Source: Octopus sinensis (taxonomy: Eukaryota). From it: a DNA stretch of 64,000 bases. Shown one piece after another: positions 23,661 to 37,471 of the stretch. The number at the start of each line of letters is the position of its first letter. Within the stretch, counting starts at the first letter, position 1. The stretch spans positions 49,414,001 through 49,478,000 of the forward strand of contig NC_042998.1 of the NCBI RefSeq assembly GCF_006345805.1, read 5' to 3'. The translations under genes and the position numbers were made by a program. The notes under the pieces are model-generated. The model ran no database searches and was not told the origin of the DNA. It was given only the letters and a program-made list of their open reading frames with translations.

Positions 23661-23688
<28 letters not shown>

Positions 23689-23689
23689 T

Positions 23690-24670
23690 AGAAGGTTGAA
23701 AAGGGACACACGAGTTAATATATATGGAAAAAAATCAAGATAGAAAATGCTAAAATAATTTTATAAAAACCATTTCAGTACCTGTTCCAGTCATTGAGAC
23801 TTTTTCAACTGTAAGTATGGAAAACAATTAAATTTTGGAAAAATTAAAAGAAAAGTTTTTTAAATGAATATTTGCATAGTGTTCAAATACAAGTGACATT
23901 TTCCTTGTTTCTGCCTGTCTCTATCTCTCTTGTTTACTCTTGTGGGTTCGAGGTCGTTGTGAATTCTTGGTAGGGAAGAAGAAGAAGAAGAAGAAGAAGA
24001 AGAAGAAGAAGAAGAAGAATGTGGGAGTGCCATGACAGTAGCATGTTAAATGGTCAACTGCCCGCTGTGGATTGTGGTAGAAGGGGCATGTGACCCGCCG
24101 TGGATGGTAGTAGTAATTGTTGAATTCCTGAAACATCTCTTTTGAATGTTTTGTTTATAAAATTTGCGAAGGTGTTATTCTAAACAGCAATAGTGGTAAA
24201 GTTAGGAAGGAGGTAGCGGAGAGGAAGAAGAAGAAGAAAGAGAAGGGACAATAAGAGGGAATGTAGATAGTATGAAAGTAGTAAGGTGTTAAATAGTCAA
24301 GTTAAAATTGGCTCGTTATGGATTATAGCAGTGATTGGGACGGTTTTTTAATGAATTCTTGGGAATCTCTTGAGTGTATCATTTTTAATATTTGCGTGTG
24401 TGTTTGTTTTATTCTAATGCCGTGGTGGATATGTCGTTTGTTGTAGACGCGTTCAAAATGGGTCTGTATTTTGTAATGAAGAGAGTCTCTTTACTGATTC
24501 GTTGGCTACAGGTTGTATCGTCCCTGAATTGGTAGAGGGGAAAAATTCGGAAGCTTGGATTTTTGTTATTGGCGCAAATGTCTATGTGTTGGCTGATTGC
24601 TATTTTTCTGTTTTGCGGAATTTTGATCTAGGATCTGTGCAGACCATTCTTTTGCGTAGATTATTTTTTG
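23690..24670 (-). mobile_element. Penelope-like GIY-YIG C-terminus and 3'/pLTR region
   Basis: Minus strand encodes ..HIDICANNKNPSFRIFPLYQFRDD..CSQRISKE..FITKYRPILN, followed by non-coding tandem-like segments and a decayed hammerhead. Confidence 0.6.
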
Positions 24671-24679
24671 TTTGGCCTA

Positions 24680-25190
24680 TGTATTGTTCTGGCTAGAGAA
24701 TTACGCCAACGAACACCCACATCGCATCAAAAAAGAATTCGTGATAGAAGGGCTAAAATTCATCCTGGAAAATAACTACTTCGTATTCAAAGACAACTTC
24801 TACCGAAAAAAACCGGGGACTGCGATGGGTACGAAAATGGTTCCCTCCTTTGCTAACCTAGTCATGCGATATCTAGAAATTAGCCTTTTTCGTAAGGTTC
24901 TAGAGAAATACAGCAGCCCATTCTCCCTCTACATAGGAAATAACTGGAAGAGATACCTGGTTTCTTTGGCATGAAAATATAGAGAAACTTAAAGAATTCC
25001 AAGCACTTCTTAATGGAATTGATGTAAACATTCAATTTACGATGGAATATAGCCAGCAACACCTTCCCTTCTTTGACATCTTCATTAAGAAGTCTAACAA
25101 CGTAATAGAAACAGATATATACTATAAGCCTACGGGCTCCAAGCAATATCTACCGTTCAACTCATGCCGCCCCCAGACATTATAATGAGT
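24680..25190 (+). mobile_element. Penelope-like RT fragment
   Basis: LKFILENNYFVF...GTAMGTKMVPSFANLVM...WKRYL...IQFTME...LPFFDI...TDIYYKPT..KQYLPFNS. Confidence 0.85.
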
Positions 25191-25669
25191 CACTTTTTCC
25201 TTAATTCTTTCTTTATACTTGTACATTATATAATCCTTAAGCTTAATGTCAGTAGCCATCCACTAGTTTATGAAAAAAAATGCAAAAATCTTTGTATAGA
25301 ACAGTACGCTTCAGAGCTCCAGCGACGCGGTGTTTGGCTGTCGTGCGCATGCTCACATGTCCAAGATAGGAAGCTTCACGCTATGGAGAGAGAGCACTGC
25401 GTGAACGACAGTGCCGGGTGAAAAGTAGCGTTTTTTTTGACTCTGTGTGTATTGTGCTTTAATACGTGAATGTGATAAAGTATAGAATTAGATTATTATC
25501 CTGCTTCCAGCTTCTGTGTTGCTGCCAGGATTTGAAAAATAGGGTACATCCACCCACCATATTTGTGATTTAAGCCCCATAGTTAAAGTGTGAAAGTGGA
25601 CAAAGGTTCTTCGGACTAAAGTACCACGGTTAGATTTTTCGGTTCCTTTTTTTCGTTTTTTTTCTTCAC

Positions 25670-25990
25670 CTTTTACTTGTTTCAGCCATTAGATTGTGGC
25701 CATGCTGGGGATACCGCCTAGATGAATTTTTAGTTGAACGTATCGATCCCAGAATTTTTTTCTTTTTTACTTGTTGCAGTTATAAGACTGCGGCCGGCCA
25801 TGCTGGGGCACTATCTTGAAGACTTTTTAGATGGCTGTATGGAACCCAGATTTTTTTTAAAAGCCTGATCAAAACCACTTCTGCGATATATTTCGTCTTA
25901 TTCTTACTTGTTGCAGTCATTAGACTGTGGCCATACTGGAGCACCGTCTTGAAGAATTTTAATCGACTGTATCGAGCCCAGAATATTTTT
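25670..25990 (-). repeat. Three degenerate tandem copies of the SINE 3' tail
   Basis: Repeated ttttacttgtt(t/g)cag..attag/ataagac/attg..ggccatgctgg..accg motif. Confidence 0.65.
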
Positions 25991-26687
25991 TTAGGTGATT
26001 TTGAACTTGTACAAAAAGTTAAGCCTTGAAGGTCTCTCTACATGCTAGAAATTACAGCCAAATCTTAGAATTTATTTTTATAATTTCACGTAAACAAAAA
26101 CGGAAATCGCGGTGGTAAAAAAAATATTTTATTTTCCAAAATTCTAATTTTTAAGTAAACAAAATATATTCAATCGAAAATAAATAAATAGAACAGAATA
26201 TCAGAGCACAAAACTCTTTACTAATCAATGTACACATTGTCTGAATTCTAACAAAAGGGAAAGCATTTACTTCAAGAAATGTTTAGAAACATAAAAACGA
26301 TAAGAAGTACGTTTGAATGACTAGCCTTCGGCCCATAATTCTGTTAGATCTTCAACGGCCGGAGAAAGTTCAAAAGGTCAACTTATTCTCATTAATCTGT
26401 AAGTGCCGAGAGAAGAAAACAAAAGACTTTAAATATAAATTTTAAAATGCTGATTTTTCTGCGACTAAAAATTCCTCAAGGTGGTGCCTTTGCATGGCCG
26501 CAGTCTAATGACTGAAACACGTAATAAGATTTTTAGAGAAAAAAAAAAACGAAGAATAACCAAAACATATAACCAAAAAATGACCGAAAAATATAATCGT
26601 GGGGCTTTTGTTCTAGGGGGCTATTGTACAACACTAGCATTATATATATGTTCATTTATATATATATGTGCATATATTAGAGATAGA

Positions 26688-26708
26688 TAGATAGATATTA
26701 TATATGTG

Positions 26709-26791
<83 letters not shown>

Positions 26792-26830
26792 TTATCTATC
26801 TATCTATCTGTCTGTCTGTCTCTGTCTCTG

Positions 26831-26929
<99 letters not shown>

Positions 26930-26960
26930 GTGTGTATGTGTATGTATGTGTGTATGCTTG
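26688..26960. repeat. Compound microsatellite (TATC)n-(TC)n-(TA)n-(TG)
   Basis: Direct inspection. Confidence 0.95.
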
Positions 26961-27152
26961 TGTGCATGTGTGTGTGTATGTATATCGTTATTTAGTTTTA
27001 TTTCAAGATTTCATTCCAACAGAGAAAAAGCGGTTCCTAACCTAGATCTAAGGCTCCTTCATTAGAATTTCAAAATATCAACATAGTATGTATGTATGTA
27101 TGTATGTATGTATGTATGTATGTATGTATGTATGTATGTATTTTTTTCTAAT

Positions 27153-27251
<99 letters not shown>

Positions 27252-27309
27252 GGTAAAGACCCCCTTCGGTCATGAATGACCATGGGATTGCACCTAGAAA
27301 GTTACCCTC

Positions 27310-27636
27310 GGCTCAGTGGTTAGAGCGTCGAGCTTACGATCGTGAGGTTGTGAGCTCGAATCCCGGACCGGGCTGCGTGTTGTGTTCTTGAGCAAGACAC
27401 TTTATTTTCACGTTGCTCTAGTTCACTCAGCTGTAGAAATGAGTTGCGACGTCCTTGGTGCCAAGCTGTATCGGCCCCTTTGCCTTTCCCTTGGATAACA
27501 CTGGTGGCGTGGAGAGGGGAAGCCGGTATGCATGGGCGACTGCTGGTCTTCCATAAACAACCATGCCCAGACTTGTGACTAGGAGGGTAACTTTCTAGGT
27601 GCAATCCCATGGTCAGTGTCGTGACCGAAGGGGGTC
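27310..27636 (+). mobile_element. tRNA-derived SINE (second family, cttgagcaagacacttt core)
   Basis: A box ggctcagtggttagagcg, B box gagctcgaatcc. Near-identical copy at 34966-35310. Confidence 0.88.
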
Positions 27637-27767
27637 CCGGATGTATGTATGTATGTATGTATGTATGTAGATTTCTATGTTTTGTTTTATGTATGTATTC
27701 TCATGCATATAGCTGCATGTCTAGACATGATCTTATATGCACCTGAGCACTGTATACAATAATTTCA

Positions 27768-27783
27768 TCATTATTATTATTAC

Positions 27784-27856
<73 letters not shown>

Positions 27857-27858
27857 CT
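27768..27858. repeat. (ATT)n microsatellite
   Basis: Direct inspection. Confidence 0.95.
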
Positions 27859-28744
27859 TAGATGATAAACTTCTGGAAAGTTTTACAGATTTTTATAGTT
27901 CCAGTGATGGCTTTCATTTGTAGTCTTCGAATCAGTTTTATAGTGGCTGGGAGAGCGTGTACAAACGATTCGTTGATGTCCACGAACGTATTTCTTGTAG
28001 CTCACAAATTTTCATGTTATAAAGAAAATAATATTTTCATTTTTTGTTTTTTGTTAAAAGAAATCATAATTCGATTGGAGCAAGACAAAGAGGAAAATAT
28101 ACACACACACTCACACACACACACATACACACACATACACACACACACACACACATACACACACACATACGCACACATACACACACACACTCACCTATCT
28201 ATCTATCTATCGATCTATCTAACCACTCCACACGTATAAATTTATGTATATGTGTGGCCAAATTAAACGTAATTTGATGCATTTATGTAGTTTGCGTGTA
28301 GCTTGGAACGTGTTACTCCCTATTTATATGTATTTCAATCAATTACTCATACAACGAACAATTTGGTTAATAAATAAGATTCGGGATTGGATTATGTTCA
28401 TATATAGAGCCTCCACCACTGTATATGTATATATTGTAGCATTTTTGTAAATGCTAAAGAGGAACATGTAGTTTCTTCAATTAATCTCTTTCAGTAAAGT
28501 TTAACCTAATTAATCAAACATAGAAACGAATATTTGTCACCTGTGTTTTTTCCAAAATATATCTACTAGAAGTATTATAAGTAGTGGGTAAGATATAATA
28601 CAATGACACAGTAATAAATATGCTTATGAAAATAGTGATTCTCTTATACATACATAAGACCATTATATAGCATGAGGAAATTCAAGAGGTGGACATTTAC
28701 GATAAATATTATCAGATTTGGCAGAGTTGATGTGAGGATAGAGG

Positions 28745-28910
28745 CAGGGCTGGCGCAAGGTACCGGCAACTCGGGCAGTCGACCGGGACGCCATGTACTA
28801 GGGGACGTCAAGGAGGGCGTGACAAAGATAAGGAAATTTCCACGACTGTCAGCTTGTACATGCCGAAGTTCAGCTTTCCCGGGGCGCCAGCAACCCTAGG
28901 GCCGGCCCTG
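28745..28910. mobile_element. hAT-type MITE (166 bp)
   Basis: TIRs CAGGGCTGGCGCAAGG / CAGGGCCGGCCCTAGG. 8-bp flanks gatagagg vs gatgaagg (6/8). Confidence 0.65.
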
Positions 28911-29020
28911 GATGAAGGAAATAATCCCTGAATATAGTGGCATATTGAGTGATGATACGACTGTCTTACCGAAGGTAAATAATAAAATCAAGACTGATCA
29001 GATTACATCAGAGTTACTTT

Positions 29021-29182
29021 CAGTACGGTCTTAAAGCATGGGTACACTGGGCAGTTGTCTGGAAGGCCTTACGAGTTTCAGGGGCCCAGTTCTAATCTAT
29101 GAATGGTGTGGCTTGCTGTCGATAAATAAATATTATAGAGTCTAGTGCATTGATTTTCCCGGGGGCTTCTAAGCCGGCACTG
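29021..29182. mobile_element. hAT-type MITE (162 bp)
   Basis: Termini CAGTACGG.. / CAGTGCCGG.. 8-bp TSD gttacttt (29013-29020) vs gttacttg (29183-29190). Confidence 0.7.
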
Positions 29183-29234
29183 GTTACTTGTGATTTACGT
29201 ATCAAGTTGTCAATACCCTCAGCTGGGAATAAAA

Positions 29235-29490
29235 CACAGGATAAAGGGTAAAGATCAACCCCGAGTCATATAGACTCATAGGGCCGGTTTCCCGGATTCT
29301 CTGGTGTATATATCCTTCGCCCACCATCTTAGGTCCGTCGCAGGAATACTCAATTTCGTTAGCCGGGTGCACTGGAGCAACGCAAAATGAAGTGTTTTGC
29401 TCAAGAACACAACTCATCACTCCGAACAGGAATCGAAACCACAATCTTACGATCATAAGTTCAACACCCAAACCGCTAAGCCACGCGTTT
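29235..29490 (-). mobile_element. tRNA-SINE variant (second family head, different tail)
   Basis: Reverse complement of the head: ctggagcaacg..gtgttttgctcaagaacacaac...aatcgaaaccacaatcttacgatc. Confidence 0.75.
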
Positions 29491-31367
29491 CCACTATAGT
29501 AAAATACTGCGCCTAGTTCACACTCAGTTATAGATCCAGATGCCACTGGTTGTCACTGATAAAAAATTTTTCGTGGAAACATCGCTCCTAATCTAATTTT
29601 AGTATCAACTCATTAATAACTCCCTTTGGAATGATACTGGAATATTGCTGACTGTTTTTGGTCTCTGTTAACGGGAGGGAGTGCAGATTTTGCAAAAAGT
29701 GCTTAGATTGAGTGTTGGATTACGTATGTGCACGAAAAGTTGAGGAATGCAGTATAAAAGAGAAAGAAATGCAGTGAAAGTTACCGTGAACACGCGGACA
29801 GAAGAAAATATAAGAAATAGTCATAGTGACTAATTACTTAACTTTATTATTTACACAGACAAAAGCGACGTGCTGGCAGAATCGTTTGCGCGTCGTTGGC
29901 GTTTCTTTGGGCTCGAGATCAAATCCCTCCGAAGTCAACTTTACTTTTCGTCCCTTCGAAGTCGATAAAATAAAGTACCAGTACTGGGCTCGGTGTAATC
30001 GATTGACTTCCTTCTCTTATTGTATCAAAATTAAAATAGTTCATTAACACTGACATAACATTTTATTTCATGGTTATGAATTATGATAAAGATTAGCAAA
30101 CTGAATATTTTAGTCGTAGACATGTAAAAGAAGCTGAATTAGAACATTTCTGAAATGCATTGTTGTTCTTAACGGTACTTTCTCAAACTAACCGGATACA
30201 GTTTTAAAGAATGTAGTTATTACAACAACCATCAGCGAATCAAAATAGTCATTCTTGTATAATGTTCTGCAACGATATGTCATGGAACAGAATTCAAAAC
30301 TTTATGTACAAGTAAAAAAATTCAATGTAAACTCGTAGTCCAAAATGTATTAGATTGGTTGGCGTCTGACAGAATTATTTTTTCTTTGACGTTGTGCCGT
30401 TTACAGTTTCTTAGACTTACGAATTATATTTTGGTGTGACCTAGTTTCAGTATATATTCATTTGTACTAGAATTTTTTTTATAAGAACTAATATGAGAAT
30501 ATTATTTCTTCATTGTTTAATAAAAATATGATATTCTGCGAGATGAAATATAAGAAAGTATCAATTCCTTTCGACAGTTGGATATTAAATAACATCGCTA
30601 ACCACCAAAAGCTGCATAGTAATTGGGTGAATCTCGGTAGCAATTTCATTAAGTGTAGCCACCCCAGTTGCAGACTTGCATCAACCTTATTGAAGACGCA
30701 ACATACAAGTTCGAATCAGGACAGATTTTTACAATAAAAAATCATTTTACATTTTCTTCAAAGAATTTAATATACGCTATGAAATGTCAAGGATGTAACG
30801 AAAATTACATAGGTTAAACAAAGCTCATTCTCAGAAATAGACTGACCATTCACCAACAACAAATATGAGACCCCAGTACTAGATAGATTCTGCTGAGTGG
30901 ACACATAGACATATGTGTAAAAAAATAAGTCCTCCAAATTCCAGGTCTCCCCATTGTACATTTGTTCAGTGAATACCACAATGAAACACGGATAAACAAA
31001 GAAAATACATTCATACAAAAATACAAACCAAGACTTAACAAACTTTAACAGAGTACATATACAAATAACTCTTTACACACAAAACCCATTCTGTCACTTA
31101 ACACGAGGAATCTACACACCTAACAACCTAAACTTTAGTCACTGGACTACATACAAACAACTCCTATCCACTCTCCCACTTTGCAGATTAGATTTAGAGT
31201 TCCTTAACTGTAACTAAACATGTTCACTCGACCGTGTCGACCTTAATTTTCTGCGCAAAACATACTGTCATGTGACACTAATGCACGGACGAAGTGGGAA
31301 GCGTGCAAAAAGTTCTAAACTTAATCATACATGCATGCATACATACATACATACATACATACATACA

Positions 31368-31870
<503 letters not shown>

Positions 31871-31974
31871 TACAAAAAATAATCCTGGGGTCGATTATCT
31901 CGACTAAATGCAGTACTCCAGCTTGGCTGCAGTCAAATGACTGAAACAAGTAACAGAATAAATGAGTATGTATA

Positions 31975-32044
<70 letters not shown>

Positions 32045-32284
32045 ATATATATATTGATTTTCTTATTAAGCCCCTTTTCCCAAACCGCTTGGTTACGGGG
32101 ACGTAATCACACTAAAACCGGTTGTAAAGCGGTGCTGGGGGACAAACATAGACACAAATACACACACATGGGTATAAATGCATACTTAATTTGTATATAC
32201 ATATGTAATTTTAAATTTGGGTGTACGCCTTGTAGTATGCCGTTTAAAGCCCGTTCACTGTATTCGGTTACTTGATGTCATCAA

Positions 32285-32830
<546 letters not shown>

Positions 32831-32870
32831 TATTATTATTATTATTATTTTTATTATTTTTTAAAAAATT

Positions 32871-33390
32871 CCGCTGGATTTACTCCAGGAATTCCTTCAA
32901 CTCCGTAGTGTTTATAAAATGAGAGAAAAAAGATGGAATTTACGGGATTCTTTATTAATCACTAAGATTATTTCGATCCCTCGTTGTGCACCGGTGCCTC
33001 GCGGGTAAGATACTGTACAAACAGTTGTGGTACATCATAGGTGTTTTGCTAGGTGACTTATCAAAAAGGTACCTCGCTTTTTAATTTCTGTTTCGTTTAT
33101 TTCGATTAGAATACATTTTGGTAATTGTCGTTTGCTACTCGTATACACGAGCAACTTGGACTATAAAGAGGAACACTTTTCATATAAGTAATAAAGTGAC
33201 TTAAAAAGAATCAAAAAATAAAGTAAATATAAAAATAATCAAGTGAATCAAATAATATGTTTTACAATGATAATGAAAAACTTTACATAAAATCATAAAA
33301 TAACCATGGATAGAACGAAACAGGACACAAAATTGCAACCGGACATTCAAAGTGACCCTAGCTTTCCTTTACATTTTCACGAAGCAAAAA
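32871..33390. repeat. Unclassified ~500-bp interspersed repeat (copy of 5471-5960)
   Basis: Colinear similarity, same orientation. Confidence 0.8.
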
Positions 33391-33837
33391 TTTATATTCA
33401 AATACCCACGCATAGACATACACACAAACATTCACTTATTAGCGTCTTTGGTATACTGAGACATCTGTTGACAGGCCAATGTTAGTGCCCCCCCGCCCCC
33501 ACAGAGGCATTAAAAGTCTCCGTGGACGTCAGCCTGATTTAATCCTGTAGATACTTACTATTGGTTGATTTACGAGTGCCCATCAACCGCTTCATACATC
33601 TTCATATATTTCTGCTGTAATTAGTGTCATTAGCGTTGGTGGTATTTACACTGTCTGTTTATACAATTACTTACTATTGGAGACTGGATGACTTGTTCCT
33701 GCCTTATTATCTGAGTTCTTAGTAGATAAACTGCCTTTTATTTTACGCTCACGAGCTTTGTTATTTAACCCTTGGTGCAGTTTCCTATAATTATTTCTGT
33801 GTATATGGTGTTCTAAGTTACTAGAGTTCGCACATGA

Positions 33838-34055
33838 TACCTATTTCTTTATTACCCACAAGGGGCTAAACATAGAGGGGACAAACAAGGACAGACATAG
33901 GTATTAAGTCGATTACACCGACCCCAGTGCGTAACTGGTACTTAATTTATCGACCCCGAAAGGATGAAAGGCAATGTCGACCTCGGCGGAATTGAACTCA
34001 CAACGTTGCGACAGACGAAATACCGCTAAGCATTTCGCCCGGCGTGCTAACGATT
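33838..34055 (-). mobile_element. tRNA-SINE (gtcgactttgcc family), single unit
   Basis: Matches the unit of 20162-20958. Confidence 0.85.
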
Positions 34056-34427
34056 CAACCACATGATACCTTCATAGTGTGTCTGTTAAATATTTTGTGG
34101 TGTGTATCTATTGGATTTGCAGTATAGAATTCCTTTGTGATCCTCGATGGTTTATATGATCCTTAGAACGAAGGATTTTTTGTGTCGTTGGTTCGGTCTA
34201 TTGCCTCTAATGTGAGATATAGGAGTGTGACTAGTTAATGTATTGTCTCATATTTTCGCGTTCTTTATTAACGATTTCTGTTTTATCGTTGGTATTTTCA
34301 TTTCTTATTCGTAGCTTATTCAGATTATCTCCCTCAGTCCTGTGTTTGCAGCTGTGTCTTCCTGTCTGGTTTAGTTGTCTTAGTATTTTGGTTAATAAAA
34401 TTAAATTTAATACTATCGTACATATAT

Positions 34428-34590
34428 TTACCCTGCGCATGTAAGCGAAAGCAGGGTATTGTAATCACTCGTATTTGTATGTTTGTCTGTGTGTTTGCAA
34501 AATTACTGGATAACGGCTGAACGGATTTTCACCAAATTTTGGCAGAAATACTCATTGGATGAGTAGCTCGAAATGATGAAAATTCGGTTT
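34428..34590 (+). mobile_element. Helentron/DINE-like non-autonomous element 5' fragment
   Basis: Terminal hairpin taccctgc...gcagggta, then gtttgtctgt repeats and ggattttcaccaaatttt. Confidence 0.5.
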
Positions 34591-34609
34591 ATCTTCAAAC
34601 ATACTTATA

Positions 34610-35660
34610 AACATACATAAATACGCGACTCTGTGTGTGTGTGTGTGTATAGTGATGGATTCGAGGGTTTCGTTTATTTACGAGTTGATTTCTTAATTTC
34701 ACCGAAGTATAAAAACTTATAATGGTGATACTTAAAAAAGAAAAATAGTAATTCAGTTCACTTAAAAAGCATAAATACATATATAGATATGCGACTGTAT
34801 GTGTGTGCTTGTGTGTTCAGTGATGGATTCGGGGGTTTCGTTTATTTACGAGTTGATTTCTTAATTTCACAGGAGTATGAACACCTATAACAGTGATACT
34901 AAAAAGAAAAAATTTACAAATTTCCCCGATAAGCAAGTGGTCATATTTATATCCTACAACGCCTGTGAAGGCGCATGGCCCAGTGGTTAGAGCGTCGAAC
35001 TTACGATCGTGAGGTTGTGAGCTCGAATCCCGGACCGGGCTGCGTGTTGTGTTCTTGAGCAAGACACTTTATTTCACGTTGCTCCAGTTCACTCAGCTGT
35101 AGAAATGTGTTGCGACGTCACAGGTACCAAGCTGTATCGACCTTTGTCTTTCCCTTGGATAACACTGGTGGCGTGGCGTGGAGAGGGGAAGCTGGTATGT
35201 ATGGGCGACTGCTGGTCTTCCATAAACAGCCATGCCCGGACTTGTGCCTGGGAGGGTAACTTTCTTGGTGCAATCCCATGGTCTGTGTCGTGACCGAAGG
35301 GGGTCTCAGAGACAACGAGCTACAATACGTTTGATTCACCTGCCATCATTGAAAGACGTTGAAAATACTTAAATTCTATGCAATATTTTCTATAAATATT
35401 TCATTTTGTTCACTTTCTTTTTCATATGAATCAACCCTCGTCTTCGTGTGTATAAATCATGGTGTACCTATGCGCGTAGACACGTATGGATACATAAATA
35501 CATATATAGATATGCGAGTGAGTGCGTGCTTATGTGTACAGTGATGGATTTGTGGGTTTCGTTTATTTACGACTTCATTTCTTAATTTCACCGGAGTATA
35601 AATACCTATAATGGTGATACTTAAAACAAAAATCAATTCAGTTCAATTAAAAAGCATGGA
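34610..35660. repeat. Three ~170-bp local repeats interrupted by a SINE
   Basis: agtgatggatt.g.gggtttcgtttatttacga...tttcttaatttcac.g.agtat at ~34650, ~34820 and ~35540. Confidence 0.85.
34966..35310 (+). mobile_element. tRNA-derived SINE (second family), full length
   Basis: gaaggcgcatggcccagtggttagagcg...gtgaccgaagggggtc. Confidence 0.88.
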
Positions 35661-35908
35661 CAAGCATCGCATTGTAAGCCACACTATAGTTTGCGAAACA
35701 ATTTATCTGCGCGCAGGGTATACATCACCCCTCCGATGCCTTTTGTTTTCATTTATTATTTGTGTGTGTATGTGTGTATGTGTGTATGTATTCCTAGATA
35801 ATGCGGTATTATAATAGGGTGCATGTGCGTTAAAAATTGCTTCATTAGTTGGAAGCCTTGATATTCTATCAGATATACTTTTCGATTAGTCCTTTTATTA
35901 TAGAAGTT

Positions 35909-36318
35909 AGCGCAGGAGTGGCTGTGTGGTAAGTAGCTTGTTTACCAACCACATGGTTCCGGGTTCAGTCCCACTGCGTGGCACCTTGGGCAAGTGTCTT
36001 CTACTATAGCCTCGGGCCGACCAAAGCCTTGTGAGTGGGTTTGGTAGACGGAAACTGAAAGAAGCCCGTCGTATATATGTATATATATGCGTGTGTGTGT
36101 TTGTGTGTCTGTGTTTGTCCCCCTAGCATTGCTTGACAACCGATGCTGGTGTGTTTATGTCCCCGTTACCTAGCGGTTCGGCAAAATAGACCGATAGAAT
36201 AAGTACTGGGCTTACATAAGAATAAGTCCCGGGGTCGAGTTGCTCGATTAAAGGCGGTGCTCCAGCATGGCCGCAGTCAAATGACTGAAACAAGTAAAAG
36301 AGTAAAGAGTAAAGAGAA
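35909..36318 (+). mobile_element. tRNA-SINE (OK/OR-like), full length with internal microsatellite
   Basis: gcgcaggagtggctgtgtggtaag...ggcggtgctccagcatggccgcagtcaaatgactgaaacaagtaaaagagt. Confidence 0.88.
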
Positions 36319-36680
36319 CTTGCCTGTATGTTAATGTATCTTAGGCTTTTGTGGAAAGGCTCATATAATCCTGTATCTAAGCTGAAAGTAACATCTAAAA
36401 AATATATTACGGCAATTATTTTCAATTTTTGAAGAATTTGAAGGGTAGTTTCCTATTCTTCTCCATTCTGTCTTACTACATCGGTCTAAAATGATGAGAG
36501 AGTTCCAGGAGATTCCGAGGTCATCTGGAGTCCGTGGTTGAAGCCAATGGCGATTCTATTGAATGGATTTACTCTTTAGTATTTCAAGATATTTCTATGC
36601 AATTTTGGCAAATATATATGTTAAAATGAAATGTCAGTATTATTTTTGCGTAATTTAGACGACAATTTATTCACAGCACC

Positions 36681-36800
<120 letters not shown>

Positions 36801-36966
36801 AATGTGACCTCGTGTGTACCTTTGGCGATTTTTTTTCCTCTGTCTTCCCTTCTCTGGATCTTTCCTTCTCCTATGTTTCCGACGAAGAGCGTCCAATAAT
36901 ACTATATTTGTTCCACGTCCTCGCGTTGTTGTGTTTTTTTGTGCTTTCTTGTTTGGATTAACTATA

Positions 36967-37471
36967 TCTATATATATAAAACTCTAGTTGTGTGAGTGTC
37001 TGTCCCCTTCGATTTAGATTCCTAACTCCTCCCACATTTTGCGGTGCAGTTTAACCAAATTCGGGTATCTTATAGTCGTGATTCATATCGAGCCCGTCTG
37101 ACTATTAGCGCGCGTCAACGATGAGTCTACGATTTTAAAAATAATTTAACATAATTTTTTATTCCATTTTAATGCATAAAATGCATCGTGTGTCGATGGC
37201 GGTGGAGTTGGCGTCCACGCTCACAGCTGCACCTGTTTGCTTCTCCCCCTTCCCTCCTCGTGAAGCTGTGGGGAAGGGAGTGTAAAGAAATCAACGTCGT
37301 AATGCATTGTGAAGGAAACCAGCGTTCTTTTAGAACAACGACTTCATGGCTTGAAGACACCAAAACAAAAATGGCTAAGAAAGCCCGAATTTATAAGGGA
37401 AGTAACTCTCTAAAAATGCTTATATAGTTATTTCCCTTACAAACCCGATCAACGCCGGGCGATACTGCTAG
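36967..37471 (+). mobile_element. Non-autonomous Helitron-like element
   Basis: 5' TC, 3' CTAG, inserted between A and T, subterminal CCCG..CGGG hairpin. The 3' ~70 bp is shared with 55285-55665. Confidence 0.75.

Noticed and set aside
27310-27390. tRNA gene
   Set aside because: A and B boxes are present, but the sequence runs into a SINE body that recurs elsewhere. It is a SINE head (the same applies to the other heads).
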